NCBI GenBank assembly: GCA_040390065.1
Contig: JAZJZE010000009.1
Coordinates: forward strand, 250,830 to 314,829
Length of the DNA: 64,000 bases
DNA from: a bacterium
GTDB taxonomy: Archaea > Thermoplasmatota > E2 > JACPAO01 > JAHFTW01
Direction: 5' to 3'
Below the pieces are notes generated by a model. That model saw only the letters and a program-made list of their open reading frames with translations, was not told the DNA's origin and searched no databases. Positions 36,274 to 47,336 of the stretch are shown here, piece after piece. Within the stretch, counting starts at the first letter, position 1. Each line of letters begins with the position of its first letter. The translations under genes were made by a program, and so were the position numbers.

Positions 36274-39200
36274 ATGTCCGCCCGCAGGACCTTGCTTGCC
36301 CTCGTGTTCGTCGCCCTCCTGTCGGTACCGGCCACCCCCGTTGCCGCCAAGGAGGTGGCCTTCGGCCTGAACGTCAACCTGGACCAGCAGGTCGTGCGCC
36401 CCGGCGGCGACCTCGGCGTAACGGTGTACGCCTACACGAACGGCCGCACCTCGTCGACGACTGCCGCCCTCGCCGTGAACCTGGAATCCATCGGCCCTGG
36501 CAGCGACTGGATGGCAAGCCCAAGCCTCGGCCGGGCGCGCTCGGACATCTCCGTCATGGATCCCGGGACGGATTACGGCTGGAGCCACCACGTGGTCTGG
36601 GCCGGCATCCCGGCCGGAGTGTACCGCCTCGAAGCGCTGGAGGACGGCGACGTCCAGCAACGCCTGCTCGTGCAAGTGACCGACCTCGGCCTCGTCGTGC
36701 AGACCGCGGGACCCGAGCGCCTCGTCTGGGCCGTGAGCCTGGCAAGCGGCGAACCCGTTGCCGGCGCGCAGATCCGCGGGGCGTCCACTTGGACGACTGG
36801 CGCCGACGGCGTCGCCGTCACCACCGGCACAGGCGACCTCTACGCCTCGAGCTCCATCGGCCCGGCCTACTACACGTCCTCCGGCCAATGGTTCGCCGAA
36901 CCGGCTGGCGCCTTCGACAACCGCATCCACGTCTACACAGACCGGCCGCTGTACCGGCCCGGCCAGACCGTACACACGAAGGTCGTTGCCTGGCACGTGG
37001 GCCCCGACGGCCTCGTGCCCCTGCCCGGCGACGCCGTGAGCCTATCCGCATCAGTCTACCGCAACGGCCGAATGGAGCGCGTCGCAAGCCTTGACGTGCC
37101 GCTCGACGCGTACGGCGCTGGCGAGGCCGACATCATCCTCGACGCGACCGCAGGACTCGGCACGTACGACCTGGGGGCCCGCTGGAAGGGCAGCGAAGCG
37201 CACGGCGGATTCGAGGTGCAGGAGTACCGCCTGCCGGGCTTCAAGGTCACCCTGAGCCCCACGGCGCAGGCCGTGGCCGCCGGCGACCCGCTCGAGGTCC
37301 TGATCGCCGCCGCCCGCTTCAGCGGCGCTCCCCTCGACCAAGGCAAGGCCCACTACGTCGTGTCCGGCCAACCCAACTTCTACTCGACGTGCCGGTGGTG
37401 CCGCCAACCCGACCAACCTGCCTGGCAAGGCTCGCAGGAATCCGGCGACCTGGACTTGCGCAGCGACGGCACGGCCATCCTGCGCCTCAAGAGCGGCGAC
37501 CCCGGCGCGTACACGCTCACAGTCCAGGTCACGGCCCCGAACGGCGAGCGCATCGAGGCTACGCAGATGCTCGAGGTCGCTGCGGCAGGTGCGCGCCTGG
37601 ACATCGATCTGCCCCGCCAGGGACTCGCCGCGGGTCAGGCCACGGTGGCGACGGTGCACTTCACGGACCTCGCGGGGCGGCCCCTGTCGGGCCGCGTCGA
37701 CGTCGACCTCGTCAACACCGACGCGACCGGGACGATCGGCAGCTTCGTCGTGGACGTTGCGCAAGGCGTCGGAACGATGGCCTTCACGCCCCGTTCGGCT
37801 GGGTCGTACCGCCTGGAAGCACGAGCAAGGGACGCCGCCGGCCGCGCCGTCACGGGCATGGCGTGGTTCTGGGTCGCGAGCGACACCGACAGCTTCGGCG
37901 GCGGCGAACTCCAGGTGCGCGCCGAATCCGAGACCGTCCGCCCCGGCGAGGCCATCCGACTGCACGTCTCCAGCGCCATGCCTCAACCGATCCTCGTGAC
38001 GACGGCCGCGGGCCGCTTCCTCGACCACCGCGTCCTGCGCGGCGTCGGCACGGCCCTCGTTCCAACGACGGGCGCAAGCGACGCCGATGCGCACGCCACG
38101 GTCGTGCAAGTCATCCCTGCCGACGCGGCGACGCATTCCGCCATGGCGGAATTGCGCCAGGCCCAGGCCACCATCACCCTCGCCCCGCATCCGCAAGGCC
38201 TGCAAGTCACTGTGACGCCGGACAAGCCGACGTACCACAACGGCGACACGGCGCGCGTGCTCATCGAAGTCCACGACGCCGATGGGCGGCCTGTGCAGGC
38301 GCAAGTCAGCGTCGCCATGGTCGACGAAGCCCTCCTCGCCCTTCGTTCCGCAAGCGGCGCCACGGCACTGTCGGACTTCTACCCGGCCACGTACGGCGCG
38401 AGCCCCGAGACGTCGTGGGGCGGTTTCAACCACTACGTCATGTTCGAGGACGGCTGCGGTTTCTGCGAACAGGCCCTCCCGGCCATGGCGCCGCGCATGG
38501 GCGCAGCGGGCGACGCCCTGCTGGACTCGACCAAGATCACCACCGCCGGCATCCAGGTCCGTTCCTACTTCCCCGAGACGGCGCTGTGGATGCCGCGGCT
38601 CGAGACCGATGCCAAGGGTGTCCTGCGTCTGGCAGTGGCCCTTCCCGACACGCTCACGACGTGGGCCGTGGACGTCGAGGCCATCACGCAGCACGGCCAA
38701 GCCGGCGCGGGCACGACCCACATCTCCACGCTGCGCGACATCGAGGCCGACCTGTACGCGCCGCGGAGCCTCGTGGCCGGCGACGACTCGACGGTCCAGG
38801 CGACCGTGTACAACCACATGGCCGAACAGCGCGACGTACAAGTCCTCCTGGTGGCCACCGGCGTCGACGCCTCGGGACATCTGACGCGCACCCTGAGCCT
38901 GGCTCCCGGCGCAAGCGGCCTCGTCTCGTTCCCGTTGCACGCCACCGCGTCCGGCACGGCCGACCTCATCTTCTATGCCTGGAGCGACGGCGACGTCCCA
39001 GCGGGCGACGCCATCGAACGCACTTTCCCCGTCAAGCCGCACGGCACGCCGAGCCTCGAGACGCGTTCGGGCCGCGGCGATGCCGACCTGCACCTCACCG
39101 TGCCCGCCGCGGCCGCCGAGGGCAAGGCCACCATCGACATCACGGTGACGCCCACGATTGGCAACGCCATGGTCGATGCGCTCCCGTACCTCACGGGCTA

Positions 39201-41124
39201 TCCCTACGGTTGCGTGGAGCAGACGTTGTCGCGCTTCCTGCCCGACGTCGCCGTGGCGCGCGCCGCCAACACGTTGGGCATCCGTGGCCGCATCGACGCA
39301 GACCTCGACGACCAGGTCAAGGCCGGCCTGGAGCGGCTCTACGGCTACCAGCACAGCTCCGGTGCCTGGGGCTGGTGGACCACCGACGACGACAACCCGT
39401 ACACGACGGCGTACACGGTGTACGGACTTGCCGTGGCGCGCCAGGCCGGATACACCGTGGATGCGGACGTGCTGTCGCGCGGTGTCGCGGCCCTGTCCGA
39501 CATGGCCAAGTCGTCGACGGGCGCCCTGCACGCGTACCAAGTCTACGCGCTGAGCCTTGCCGCCCCGTCCGCGGCGCCCGCCGTCAGCGACGCGACCGAG
39601 CCGGCCGAACTTGCCATGGCCATCCTTGCCGCACACGCCAAGGGCGACGATGCCTGGGGCCGCGCCCGACTCTCCCGACTGGAAGCCTCAGCCGTGCGCT
39701 CCGGCGACCTGGCCCACTGGCCCGACCCGGCCGAAGGATGGACGGTACACGGCATGTCGAGCGACACGATGGTCACGGCCCTGGCCTTGCGCGCCATCGT
39801 GGCGGTCAGCCCCAACGACCCGGACGCAGGCGCCGCAGTGCGGTGGCTGCTTGCCAACCGCGCCGGGGGCAACTGGGAATCCACGAAGGACACAGCCGAA
39901 GCGATCTTCGCCCTCGTCGACTACCTCACCGCGGCTGGCGACCTGCACGGCGCAAGCGGCGCCACCATCACCGTCGACGGTGTTGCTCGGCACGTGGCCT
40001 TCGACGCCGCGTCCGGATGGGCGGCGCGTCCAGCCGTGCACGTCGACGTCGGCACGGGCGACCATGAAGTGCGCATCGTGGCGGAAGGGGACGGACCCTT
40101 GTACTGGTCCACGGCGATGCGCCACTTCGACGGCGGCGAACCCATCCGCTCCGACGCCGGTGCCTTCCACTTCGAACGCCGCATCACGGACGGGAGCGGC
40201 AACGAGGTGACCCGCCTGAAGGTCGGCGAGGAGGCGACCGTGGAGGTCCGCGTGACCGCCGTCGCCGATGCCCGGTACGTCCAGGTGGAAGACCCCTTCG
40301 CGGCTGGCCTCGAGGCCTCGGCCGTGGACCAAGTCGCGCCGTTTGCGCGCGGTGGCATCGCCATCGACTGCTTCGGCCCCTGCCGCCCCTACCAGTGGGC
40401 CAACGCCGAGGTGCATGACGATCGCGTCGCGTTCTTCGCGGACAACCTGGCGGCGGGCCAGGCGGCCTCGTACACGTACGCCGTGCGCGCCGTCTTCCCC
40501 GGCTGCTACCACGTGATGCCGCCGGCAGCCGTCGGTATGTACGACCCAGGCCTGGCAGGCCACGGCGACGAGACGCGCTTCTGCGTCGACGGCCCCGCCG
40601 AACTGCAAGCTGGCCGCGTCGGCGTCACGGACGAGGGCGGCGAGCGCAAGGCGAGCGTGAACCTCTACCCAGTCCAGCAGGCGCCCACGGAGGTCGAGGT
40701 CCAAGTGGTCGGCCCCGCCGGCGAGCCAGTGGGAGAAGCAACCACGGTCCCCGCCCGTGTCGATGACGCTGGAACCGTCCACATCGACGTGGGCGTCCCC
40801 GAAGGTGCATTCACGCTGCTCGTGTCGGCAGGCGACGCCACCGTCGTCATCCGCCACGATGACGCCCCGCAGGCGGCCGTTGCCGCGCCGGGATTCAACG
40901 CCACGCTGGAGACGCGGTGGACGTCCGGCACGGTCCAGTTCGCGGCGAGCCCGCTTCGCCCGGGCGCCGAGCCGGACTACCGCGCCGTCTTCCAAGGCGT
41001 CGGAAAGGACGCATTGGTGCCGGCGCCACCGGAGGCGACGCATGTGCCTTGGCCAGCGGGACTCGTCTGGCTCGCGCTGGCATTCGGCCTGATGGTCGTG
41101 CGCCGGCGCCGCTCAGATGAGTGA
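36274..41124 (+). CDS. alpha-2-macroglobulin family protein with intact thioester motif
   Basis: YTDRPLYRPGQ, FEVQEYR, VRSYFPETALW, LPDTLTTW, YPYGCVEQ, YQHSSGAWGWW; signal peptide and C-terminal TM plus RRRR. Confidence 0.93.
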   Translation: MSARRTLLALVFVALLSVPATPVAAKEVAFGLNVNLDQQVVRPGGDLGVTVYAYTNGRTSSTTAALAVNLESIGPGSDWMASPSLGRARSDISVMDPGTDYGWSHHVVWAGIPAGVYRLEALEDGDVQQRLLVQVTDLGLVVQTAGPERLVWAVSLASGEPVAGAQIRGASTWTTGADGVAVTTGTGDLYASSSIGPAYYTSSGQWFAEPAGAFDNRIHVYTDRPLYRPGQTVHTKVVAWHVGPDGLVPLPGDAVSLSASVYRNGRMERVASLDVPLDAYGAGEADIILDATAGLGTYDLGARWKGSEAHGGFEVQEYRLPGFKVTLSPTAQAVAAGDPLEVLIAAARFSGAPLDQGKAHYVVSGQPNFYSTCRWCRQPDQPAWQGSQESGDLDLRSDGTAILRLKSGDPGAYTLTVQVTAPNGERIEATQMLEVAAAGARLDIDLPRQGLAAGQATVATVHFTDLAGRPLSGRVDVDLVNTDATGTIGSFVVDVAQGVGTMAFTPRSAGSYRLEARARDAAGRAVTGMAWFWVASDTDSFGGGELQVRAESETVRPGEAIRLHVSSAMPQPILVTTAAGRFLDHRVLRGVGTALVPTTGASDADAHATVVQVIPADAATHSAMAELRQAQATITLAPHPQGLQVTVTPDKPTYHNGDTARVLIEVHDADGRPVQAQVSVAMVDEALLALRSASGATALSDFYPATYGASPETSWGGFNHYVMFEDGCGFCEQALPAMAPRMGAAGDALLDSTKITTAGIQVRSYFPETALWMPRLETDAKGVLRLAVALPDTLTTWAVDVEAITQHGQAGAGTTHISTLRDIEADLYAPRSLVAGDDSTVQATVYNHMAEQRDVQVLLVATGVDASGHLTRTLSLAPGASGLVSFPLHATASGTADLIFYAWSDGDVPAGDAIERTFPVKPHGTPSLETRSGRGDADLHLTVPAAAAEGKATIDITVTPTIGNAMVDALPYLTGYPYGCVEQTLSRFLPDVAVARAANTLGIRGRIDADLDDQVKAGLERLYGYQHSSGAWGWWTTDDDNPYTTAYTVYGLAVARQAGYTVDADVLSRGVAALSDMAKSSTGALHAYQVYALSLAAPSAAPAVSDATEPAELAMAILAAHAKGDDAWGRARLSRLEASAVRSGDLAHWPDPAEGWTVHGMSSDTMVTALALRAIVAVSPNDPDAGAAVRWLLANRAGGNWESTKDTAEAIFALVDYLTAAGDLHGASGATITVDGVARHVAFDAASGWAARPAVHVDVGTGDHEVRIVAEGDGPLYWSTAMRHFDGGEPIRSDAGAFHFERRITDGSGNEVTRLKVGEEATVEVRVTAVADARYVQVEDPFAAGLEASAVDQVAPFARGGIAIDCFGPCRPYQWANAEVHDDRVAFFADNLAAGQAASYTYAVRAVFPGCYHVMPPAAVGMYDPGLAGHGDETRFCVDGPAELQAGRVGVTDEGGERKASVNLYPVQQAPTEVEVQVVGPAGEPVGEATTVPARVDDAGTVHIDVGVPEGAFTLLVSAGDATVVIRHDDAPQAAVAAPGFNATLETRWTSGTVQFAASPLRPGAEPDYRAVFQGVGKDALVPAPPEATHVPWPAGLVWLALAFGLMVVRRRRSDE

Positions 41125-42485
41125 CGTTCCGCCAGTGACGGCGCGCGCCTGGATGTCGGTGCCCTGGACCGCAAGCCCGATGCCGGTGCCCGCCGTGCTC
41201 GACGCCCAAGCCGCCACGGGGTAGCCGTTGGGTTGGATGGCGACCTCGAAGAAGTCAAGCATGGAACGGTCCCCGGCCAGGCAGGCCGTGCCGCTCGTGC
41301 AGACCGCACCGATGTGGTTCGGCGTGTCAGTGAGCTTGGCGGCCTGGAAGTGCGGCGCGCCCGCGTCGGCGTCGACGGCCTCGAGCAGCATGACGTCCCA
41401 CTCGTCCGGCAGGTTCTCGTTGGGCAGGCCCAGGGTGTTCTGGTAGTACGTGATGGCGATGCTGCCGGTGGCGCCCGCCGCGATCCACGGCATGATGGCG
41501 ACCTTCAGGGAGGGCGAGACGAGCAAGGGAGCGCCCCACGTCACGCCGTGGTCGCTGGACTTGTACAGGTAGACGCCGTACTGGGTGCCCTGCTTCGGCG
41601 CGGCGCCAGGCGCGGTGTCCTGCTTGAGGCTGATCACCAGGTAGAGGTTGCCGGCGCGGTCGGCCGCCATGACCGGGAAGATGCTCGTCGAGAAGATGTC
41701 GCCGGGGCTGCCGCGCGAGCTTGCGATGACCGTCTTGCTCCACGATGCTCCCGTGTCGTTCGAGATCATGACCACGATCTGCGCCTCCTGCGTCGGGCTG
41801 CCGCCGGCGATGACGCCGCTGAAGTCGACGGCCGGGATGTACAGGCGCGACATCTGCGTCGTGTCGTGGATGATGGGGCCGCCCAACGTGTCGTCGGCGA
41901 CCTTGACCTTGTCGCCCCATGTCTTGCCGCCGTCCGGGCTGGTGTTGAAGGAATATCCTTGGCTGCCGTCGCGCCACGCGGCGTAGACGTGCCCGTCGGG
42001 GGTCACGTCGATCCATTCGCGGTCGCTGCCCGTCTTCTTGCTGACGTCCACGACCTTGGAGAACGACTCGCCGCGGTCATCGGGGAACTGGTACGGGATG
42101 GCGTTGCTGCCGTCGAAGAGGCCAAGCCAGTGGATGCGGCCCGTGGCGTCGATGGCGATGTCGCCGTCGCCGTGGCCCTTGGTCTGCGACGTACCGAGGT
42201 CCGTGAAGGTGGCGCCGCCGTCATCGCTGCGGTAGACGTGGTCGATGGGAGTCACGTAGATGGTGCCATCGGGTGCGACGGCGACGTTGGGTTCCCCGGA
42301 ACCCTGCCCAAGAGTCAGCATAGGACCGAGCTGGGGCGGCACCAGGGCGGGCGGCGCCGGCGGGGCGGTGGCCGTCTCCGAGGTGGACGTCGTCGTCGTG
42401 GTGTCGGTCGGGGTCGAGCATCCAGCCAAGAGGGCGCAAACCAGCAGGATGGACAGCAGGATGGGGCGGGCCTTGGCGGCGCCAC
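41113..42485 (-). CDS. sialidase-like/BNR-repeat lipoprotein (start region probably frameshifted)
   Basis: Asp-boxes SDDGGATF, SPDGGKTW, SNDTGASW, SSDHGVTW; DREW; LDFFE. In-frame signal ILLSILLVCALLAGC lacks an in-frame start codon. Confidence 0.75.
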
Positions 42486-42569
42486 TCGACCGGCCATCTT
42501 GACATTTGCGCGCCTCGACCTACCCCGGCGTCCACTTGCTATTTGTATGGCAAGGCTTACAGGTGCCCG

Positions 42570-43943
42570 GTGCCCCGCCTCAACCCGGCACAACTGCGTC
42601 TCTTCGAGCGGCACGTCGAGCGGGCCATCGAGACTCTGCGGGCCGGCGACCGGCTTCTGCGCGGTGCCGTCAGTGACGTGGTCGAGCGCTGTGTCGCGGC
42701 CCTCAAGGCTGAACTGGAGCGCGTCGAGGCCGGCGAATCGACCGCGGTGTCCTTCGACATCGACAAGCTGCCGCTGCGGCTCGTGCCGTACGTCGAGGAC
42801 CCGTTTGCGCAGAGCCTGGCGTTCAACCTGCATTGCGCCCGCACCGGCCAGAGCCACGCCCAGGCGGGCCGCGACTGGGAAGGCGGATCGCAGGCCGTCG
42901 CGGCGCGCAACCTCCTGTTCCTGCCGCAGATCTACCATCGGCTCTGGACGGACGGCGTGCTGGACAAGACGCGCCTTGTCAACATCGCCAACCGCAACCT
43001 GACGCCCAAGGCGTACCTCGAGGTCGCCGAACTGGTGCGCAGCCGCCGCAAGGAGGACGTCGACGACCGCCTCATGCGCATGCCGCCTGGATCCGTGCAG
43101 CCGGGCCGCCGCGGCCCCGAGCAGGCCATCGAGGCGGCGCGCGCCAACGCGTGGACCGACAAGCTGCGCACCGTCCAGATCGCCGCCGAGTTAGTGATGG
43201 AGGCCGGTTCGGCCATCCCCGATGCGCCGACGGAACTCATCCCGCAAGAGCCGGGGCCAACGGTTGGCCCGGCGGAGCAGGAGCCTGCGGCCGCGCCGGC
43301 CAACCGTCCGCAGGCCAACGCCGCGGAGACTGCGTTGCGAACCCTGCGCGCCGGCCTCTCGGGAGCCAAGGTCGCCCCCGAAGTGGCGGAGGCCATGGCG
43401 CTGAGCCCGGACCCGAACGTGCTGGTCGAGCGCTACCTCACGGCGCACCGCCAGTCCGGCGACCCCTACCCCGAGCTCGTCACCAAGACGTTGTTCTTCG
43501 CGCACGCCGGGCCGATGCAGAAGCTCACCGCGGACGACAAGCTGCTGCTGCGCCACTTCCGGCCCGTGAAGACCCAGAAGCGCGGCCAACTCTTCTACCG
43601 CCTCCTGGAAGTCATCGAGGAACTCCTGTTGGAAAAGAATCACCTGGCTGCCCTCGACGAACGAGGCGTCACGGAGCCCGAGGCCATGGCCGCCGTGCGC
43701 AAGGTCATCCTCGACCTCAACCGCGACCCGAACCGCCACCTGGTCGTCCCCGACGAGTGGCTGGGCGAAGTGACGCGCCGACACCTGTACTTCGGCAGCC
43801 GCACACGCAAGGAAGGGGCGGCGTACAAGTGGTACCGCCGCATCGGCGCCAAGTTCTATCTGGGCGCGCACAAGACGCGCGACGAGATCGACGAGCGCGC
43901 TGCGCGGCGGGCGGCACGAGCCGCAGACGACGAAGACGAGTGA
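42570..43943 (+). CDS. hypothetical cytoplasmic protein
   Basis: Long ORF with host-like codon usage and no recognisable motif. Start GTG 42570 inferred. Confidence 0.75.
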   Translation: MPRLNPAQLRLFERHVERAIETLRAGDRLLRGAVSDVVERCVAALKAELERVEAGESTAVSFDIDKLPLRLVPYVEDPFAQSLAFNLHCARTGQSHAQAGRDWEGGSQAVAARNLLFLPQIYHRLWTDGVLDKTRLVNIANRNLTPKAYLEVAELVRSRRKEDVDDRLMRMPPGSVQPGRRGPEQAIEAARANAWTDKLRTVQIAAELVMEAGSAIPDAPTELIPQEPGPTVGPAEQEPAAAPANRPQANAAETALRTLRAGLSGAKVAPEVAEAMALSPDPNVLVERYLTAHRQSGDPYPELVTKTLFFAHAGPMQKLTADDKLLLRHFRPVKTQKRGQLFYRLLEVIEELLLEKNHLAALDERGVTEPEAMAAVRKVILDLNRDPNRHLVVPDEWLGEVTRRHLYFGSRTRKEGAAYKWYRRIGAKFYLGAHKTRDEIDERAARRAARAADDEDE

Positions 43944-43944
43944 T

Positions 43945-46900
43945 CTACGACGTTTGGCGCGGTGCCCGGCGTCGGGCGAGGACCGCGACTGCGAAGGCTC
44001 CGATCATGACGATGAGGGCCGCAAGGAGCAAGGCCCAGACTTGCATGGCCACGGCCGCTGCGGGCTCGGCAGCGAGAGCCACGGCCGGCTCAGGTGCATG
44101 GCCTTGCGGCACGGCGGCCTGTGGCGGCGGCGCGACGGGCGCGGCCTCGACCGCGATGTCCTGGACGGCAGTGCCGGAAAGCTCGCCGTCGCTGACCTCG
44201 AGCATGAAACGCAGGCCGGCCGCGTCGGCGGGGGCCGCGAAGGTGGCGACGGCGCCGCCTGCGCCTTGCAAGTCCACGGGCGGGCCGGCCCACTGCACCC
44301 AGTGGAACTGGAGGGGCTTGCCAGTCGGCGACGACGAGGCGGACCCGTCGAGGCGCACGGTTTCCCCAGCCGTGGACGCGGTCGGCCCAGTGATGCGCGC
44401 GATGGGGCCGTCGCCGGCCAGGACACGGACCGTGATGCCGTCGAAGCCGGAAATGCGGCCGTTGGTGGCGACGACTTCGAAGAACAGCTCCTGCCCGGCA
44501 GCGTCGGGGGCCGTAAAACGCGGCGAGTCGGTGTCCGCGTTCTTTAGGTCGACGTTCGGGCCCGCGGTCTGGCGCCAATGGAACGCTGTCGCACCGACGG
44601 CCGTTGCGTGCAGGCGAACGATGGTGCCCTCGCCGACGGCGGCGGGGCCCGTGGCGTCGACCACCAGCCCCTGCTCCTCCGGGAAGCACTCGATGATCCA
44701 AAGGCCGCCATTCGTGGCTGCGACTGGCTGATGCCCGGCGCACTTGGCCCCCATGCAGTCGCCGTGCGTCACGCCGTCGTCCGACGAAGTGGGGCAGGCA
44801 CAGGTGGCGGCAGGCTGGCACGGCCCGACGCACTCTGGGCAGGGCATCCAGCCGCATTCATCGACGGAGTCCTCCATCCCGGTCGACTGGGACTTGCACT
44901 CCGTCGGCGGGTCTTGGCCGCCACCGTTGCCCGGTTTCGCGAGGCTCGCCCCGTGCACGACGACCGACTGGCACGCCGTGGCCGACAGTCCGCTCGAACT
45001 CACGACCGTGAGGCAAGTGTTGTAGGTGCCGGGCTCGCCGAAGATGTGGTGCACGTTCGTCTGGCTGGTCGTGTGGCCGTCGCCGAAGTCCCACCACCAT
45101 GAGACGATGGTGCCCCCGTCTTGGTCCCACGCGTCGTCGACATAGGTGACCTCCTCGCCGACCGCGGCATCCTGCGGGTTGACCGTGAACAGCGCGTGCG
45201 GCCCCTTGGGCGGCGGAGGTGGTGGCGGCGGTGGCGGCGGGGGCGGAGGCGGGGGCGTCGGCGTGACGGTGACGTTGACGTAGCCGAACCAGGTGCGCGA
45301 CTTGCAGCAACCGCCCATCCAGTCGCCATCGCGGCGCGTATGGTGGTCCATGATGGTGAATGGAATCTGCGCCGTGCCGAAGAAGTTGGGGCCGAACGTC
45401 ATGTCGTACGTGTAGCGCAGTGGCGTGTCGCAACCGAGGCAACTCCACGTCCACCCCGAGGTCGTGCACGCAGCTGCCGTGATCGTGGTCGAGATGGCGG
45501 CGCCGCCAGAGCCGGCGTCCGGAGTCGTGGTCGGCCCTCCGACGAGGATCTCGAGGTCGCCCGGCGCGTCGACATCACTGGCCATCGGCACGGCGTCGCA
45601 CTTGTAGGTCGGATTGAACTGGATGGAGTCGCCCTGCTGGATGGTGAAGGCGGAATCGATCGGACTGGGGTAATGGTCGAGGTCGATGGAGACTTCCGCC
45701 ACGGACGACTCGCCGATGTCGTTCTGGATGCGGTAAGTGAGGAAGTCCGTCCCGACCTGCGCGTCGATAGGGTCGTAGACGATATGCAGGCCGTCGGCCG
45801 AGATGAAGGCGGTCCCCTTCGTCGGCGGGCTCACGATAGCCGTGACCGTCACCGAGCGCAGGAATGGATTCCGGTCGTTCTTGGCGACGGCGAAGTTGAA
45901 CGTGCCGAGTTCGACAGTCGTGACATAGTAGTCGTCGATGGCCTTGAGTGGCTGCACCGGGCCCGTCGTGTAGTTGAGGAACAGGTTCTGGTAGCCCACG
46001 TTCCAGTGCGAGCCGAGCCACGTGGAGGGCAGCGGCGGCCCCGGGTGGAAGTACGTGTCGTAGCCGCAGTCGAAGTGGTCGGCGTCGGTGCACTCGTTGA
46101 CGAGGAACGTCCCGGCCTCCGGGTAGCACATGATGTCGACGCCGTCGTTGCAGTGGCCGACACCGTTCGCGCCGGGCGCGGCAGGCAGGACGGCGCCCAT
46201 GTTGTGGCCGTTCTCGTGCATCATGAGGCGCGGGTTGGGATAGTAGCTGATGCCCATGCCCCACGCGGTGTTGACGGCATTTGTAAGACCCGGCGTCTGG
46301 TCGCCAGGGTTCGTGCCGAAGCCGGCGCAACCGCATGCGACGTCGGGCCCATACGTGTCGTGGAAGGACAGCGGCTTCGGCGTGCCGTCGTCGTTGTAGA
46401 AATAGGAGTCCATGTCGAAGGCGACCCAGTACTGCACGCCGACCCGGTTGAGCCCCACGTTCTTCAGTTCCTGCATCACGTTGATCGTCGGCATCTGCGT
46501 CATGGTGAACGGCAGCGTGACGTTCAGGACGCTGAGTCGCACCGGAAGCGGCGACAGCGGCGGCGCATTCTGGTCCTCGGGCAGGGGCGTCTCGCAGGCC
46601 ATGCGGTAGTCGGTGAGCACGCCGGCGCCCACCCATTCGGATTCCTTGTGCAGGCGGTGGTCGACGTACTGCATGATGATGCGGATGGTCGGCGACTTCA
46701 GGGAATAGCGGTCGAGGGCGTCACTGGCACGCACGTAGGCGAGTTGACCGTAGTCCTTCTCGCCGATTGGCGGCAGCCCGTCAGGCAGAGCCATCACGCA
46801 CGTTGGCATGCGCAGGGCTGCGCTGTAGTCTTGGCCCCAGTCGTACATCTCCTCCGTCATGCGGTACAGGTCGTAGGATTGGTGCTGGACGGCGAGGTCC

Positions 46901-47169
46901 ACGTCAGGGCCATGCGTCAAGCCGAGGATGTGGCCGTCGTCGCCGCGCAGTTCCCAGATGCCGTCGGCGCGCAGACAAGCCTGGCCGATGCCGGGCGCGA
47001 GTCCGCTCGCGGGACATGCCGGCGGCAGACCCTTGTCGGAGAGCAGGTCCACGATGGGTTCGGGGACCGTCGCGTGCGCCACGGCTGGGCCGGCCCCATG
47101 CGCGTCGGCGACGGCCATGGCACCGCCCACGACGACCGTCACGGCCGCGACGAGCCACCACAGGCGCAT
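43945..47169 (-). CDS. secreted Zn-metallopeptidase-like protein with Ig-like/PKD domains and C-terminal anchor
   Basis: Signal peptide, HENGHNMG..H, DIMCY, poly-Pro linker, WWWDFGDG PKD, two WxQxAGP repeats, TM plus RRR. Confidence 0.82.
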   Translation of the reverse strand: MRLWWLVAAVTVVVGGAMAVADAHGAGPAVAHATVPEPIVDLLSDKGLPPACPASGLAPGIGQACLRADGIWELRGDDGHILGLTHGPDVDLAVQHQSYDLYRMTEEMYDWGQDYSAALRMPTCVMALPDGLPPIGEKDYGQLAYVRASDALDRYSLKSPTIRIIMQYVDHRLHKESEWVGAGVLTDYRMACETPLPEDQNAPPLSPLPVRLSVLNVTLPFTMTQMPTINVMQELKNVGLNRVGVQYWVAFDMDSYFYNDDGTPKPLSFHDTYGPDVACGCAGFGTNPGDQTPGLTNAVNTAWGMGISYYPNPRLMMHENGHNMGAVLPAAPGANGVGHCNDGVDIMCYPEAGTFLVNECTDADHFDCGYDTYFHPGPPLPSTWLGSHWNVGYQNLFLNYTTGPVQPLKAIDDYYVTTVELGTFNFAVAKNDRNPFLRSVTVTAIVSPPTKGTAFISADGLHIVYDPIDAQVGTDFLTYRIQNDIGESSVAEVSIDLDHYPSPIDSAFTIQQGDSIQFNPTYKCDAVPMASDVDAPGDLEILVGGPTTTPDAGSGGAAISTTITAAACTTSGWTWSCLGCDTPLRYTYDMTFGPNFFGTAQIPFTIMDHHTRRDGDWMGGCCKSRTWFGYVNVTVTPTPPPPPPPPPPPPPPPPKGPHALFTVNPQDAAVGEEVTYVDDAWDQDGGTIVSWWWDFGDGHTTSQTNVHHIFGEPGTYNTCLTVVSSSGLSATACQSVVVHGASLAKPGNGGGQDPPTECKSQSTGMEDSVDECGWMPCPECVGPCQPAATCACPTSSDDGVTHGDCMGAKCAGHQPVAATNGGLWIIECFPEEQGLVVDATGPAAVGEGTIVRLHATAVGATAFHWRQTAGPNVDLKNADTDSPRFTAPDAAGQELFFEVVATNGRISGFDGITVRVLAGDGPIARITGPTASTAGETVRLDGSASSSPTGKPLQFHWVQWAGPPVDLQGAGGAVATFAAPADAAGLRFMLEVSDGELSGTAVQDIAVEAAPVAPPPQAAVPQGHAPEPAVALAAEPAAAVAMQVWALLLAALIVMIGAFAVAVLARRRAPRQTS

Positions 47170-47336
47170 GCGCACTGTCCCCTGGAACCGGCGGATTGCC
47201 AATAAGGATGTTGGGCCGGCCCTTGAGCCGATGCAGGGAAACCGGCATCGCCTCGACCGGCCAGCCGGGCCGTCTCCGCCAGGGGGGTCCGACCTGGCTG
47301 GCGCCAGGGCCAAACCGTGCACGCCTGGTGGCCGCA

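Noticed and set aside
45205-45262. GGC/GGT-rich repeat tract
   Set aside because: Encodes the poly-proline linker of the surface protein.
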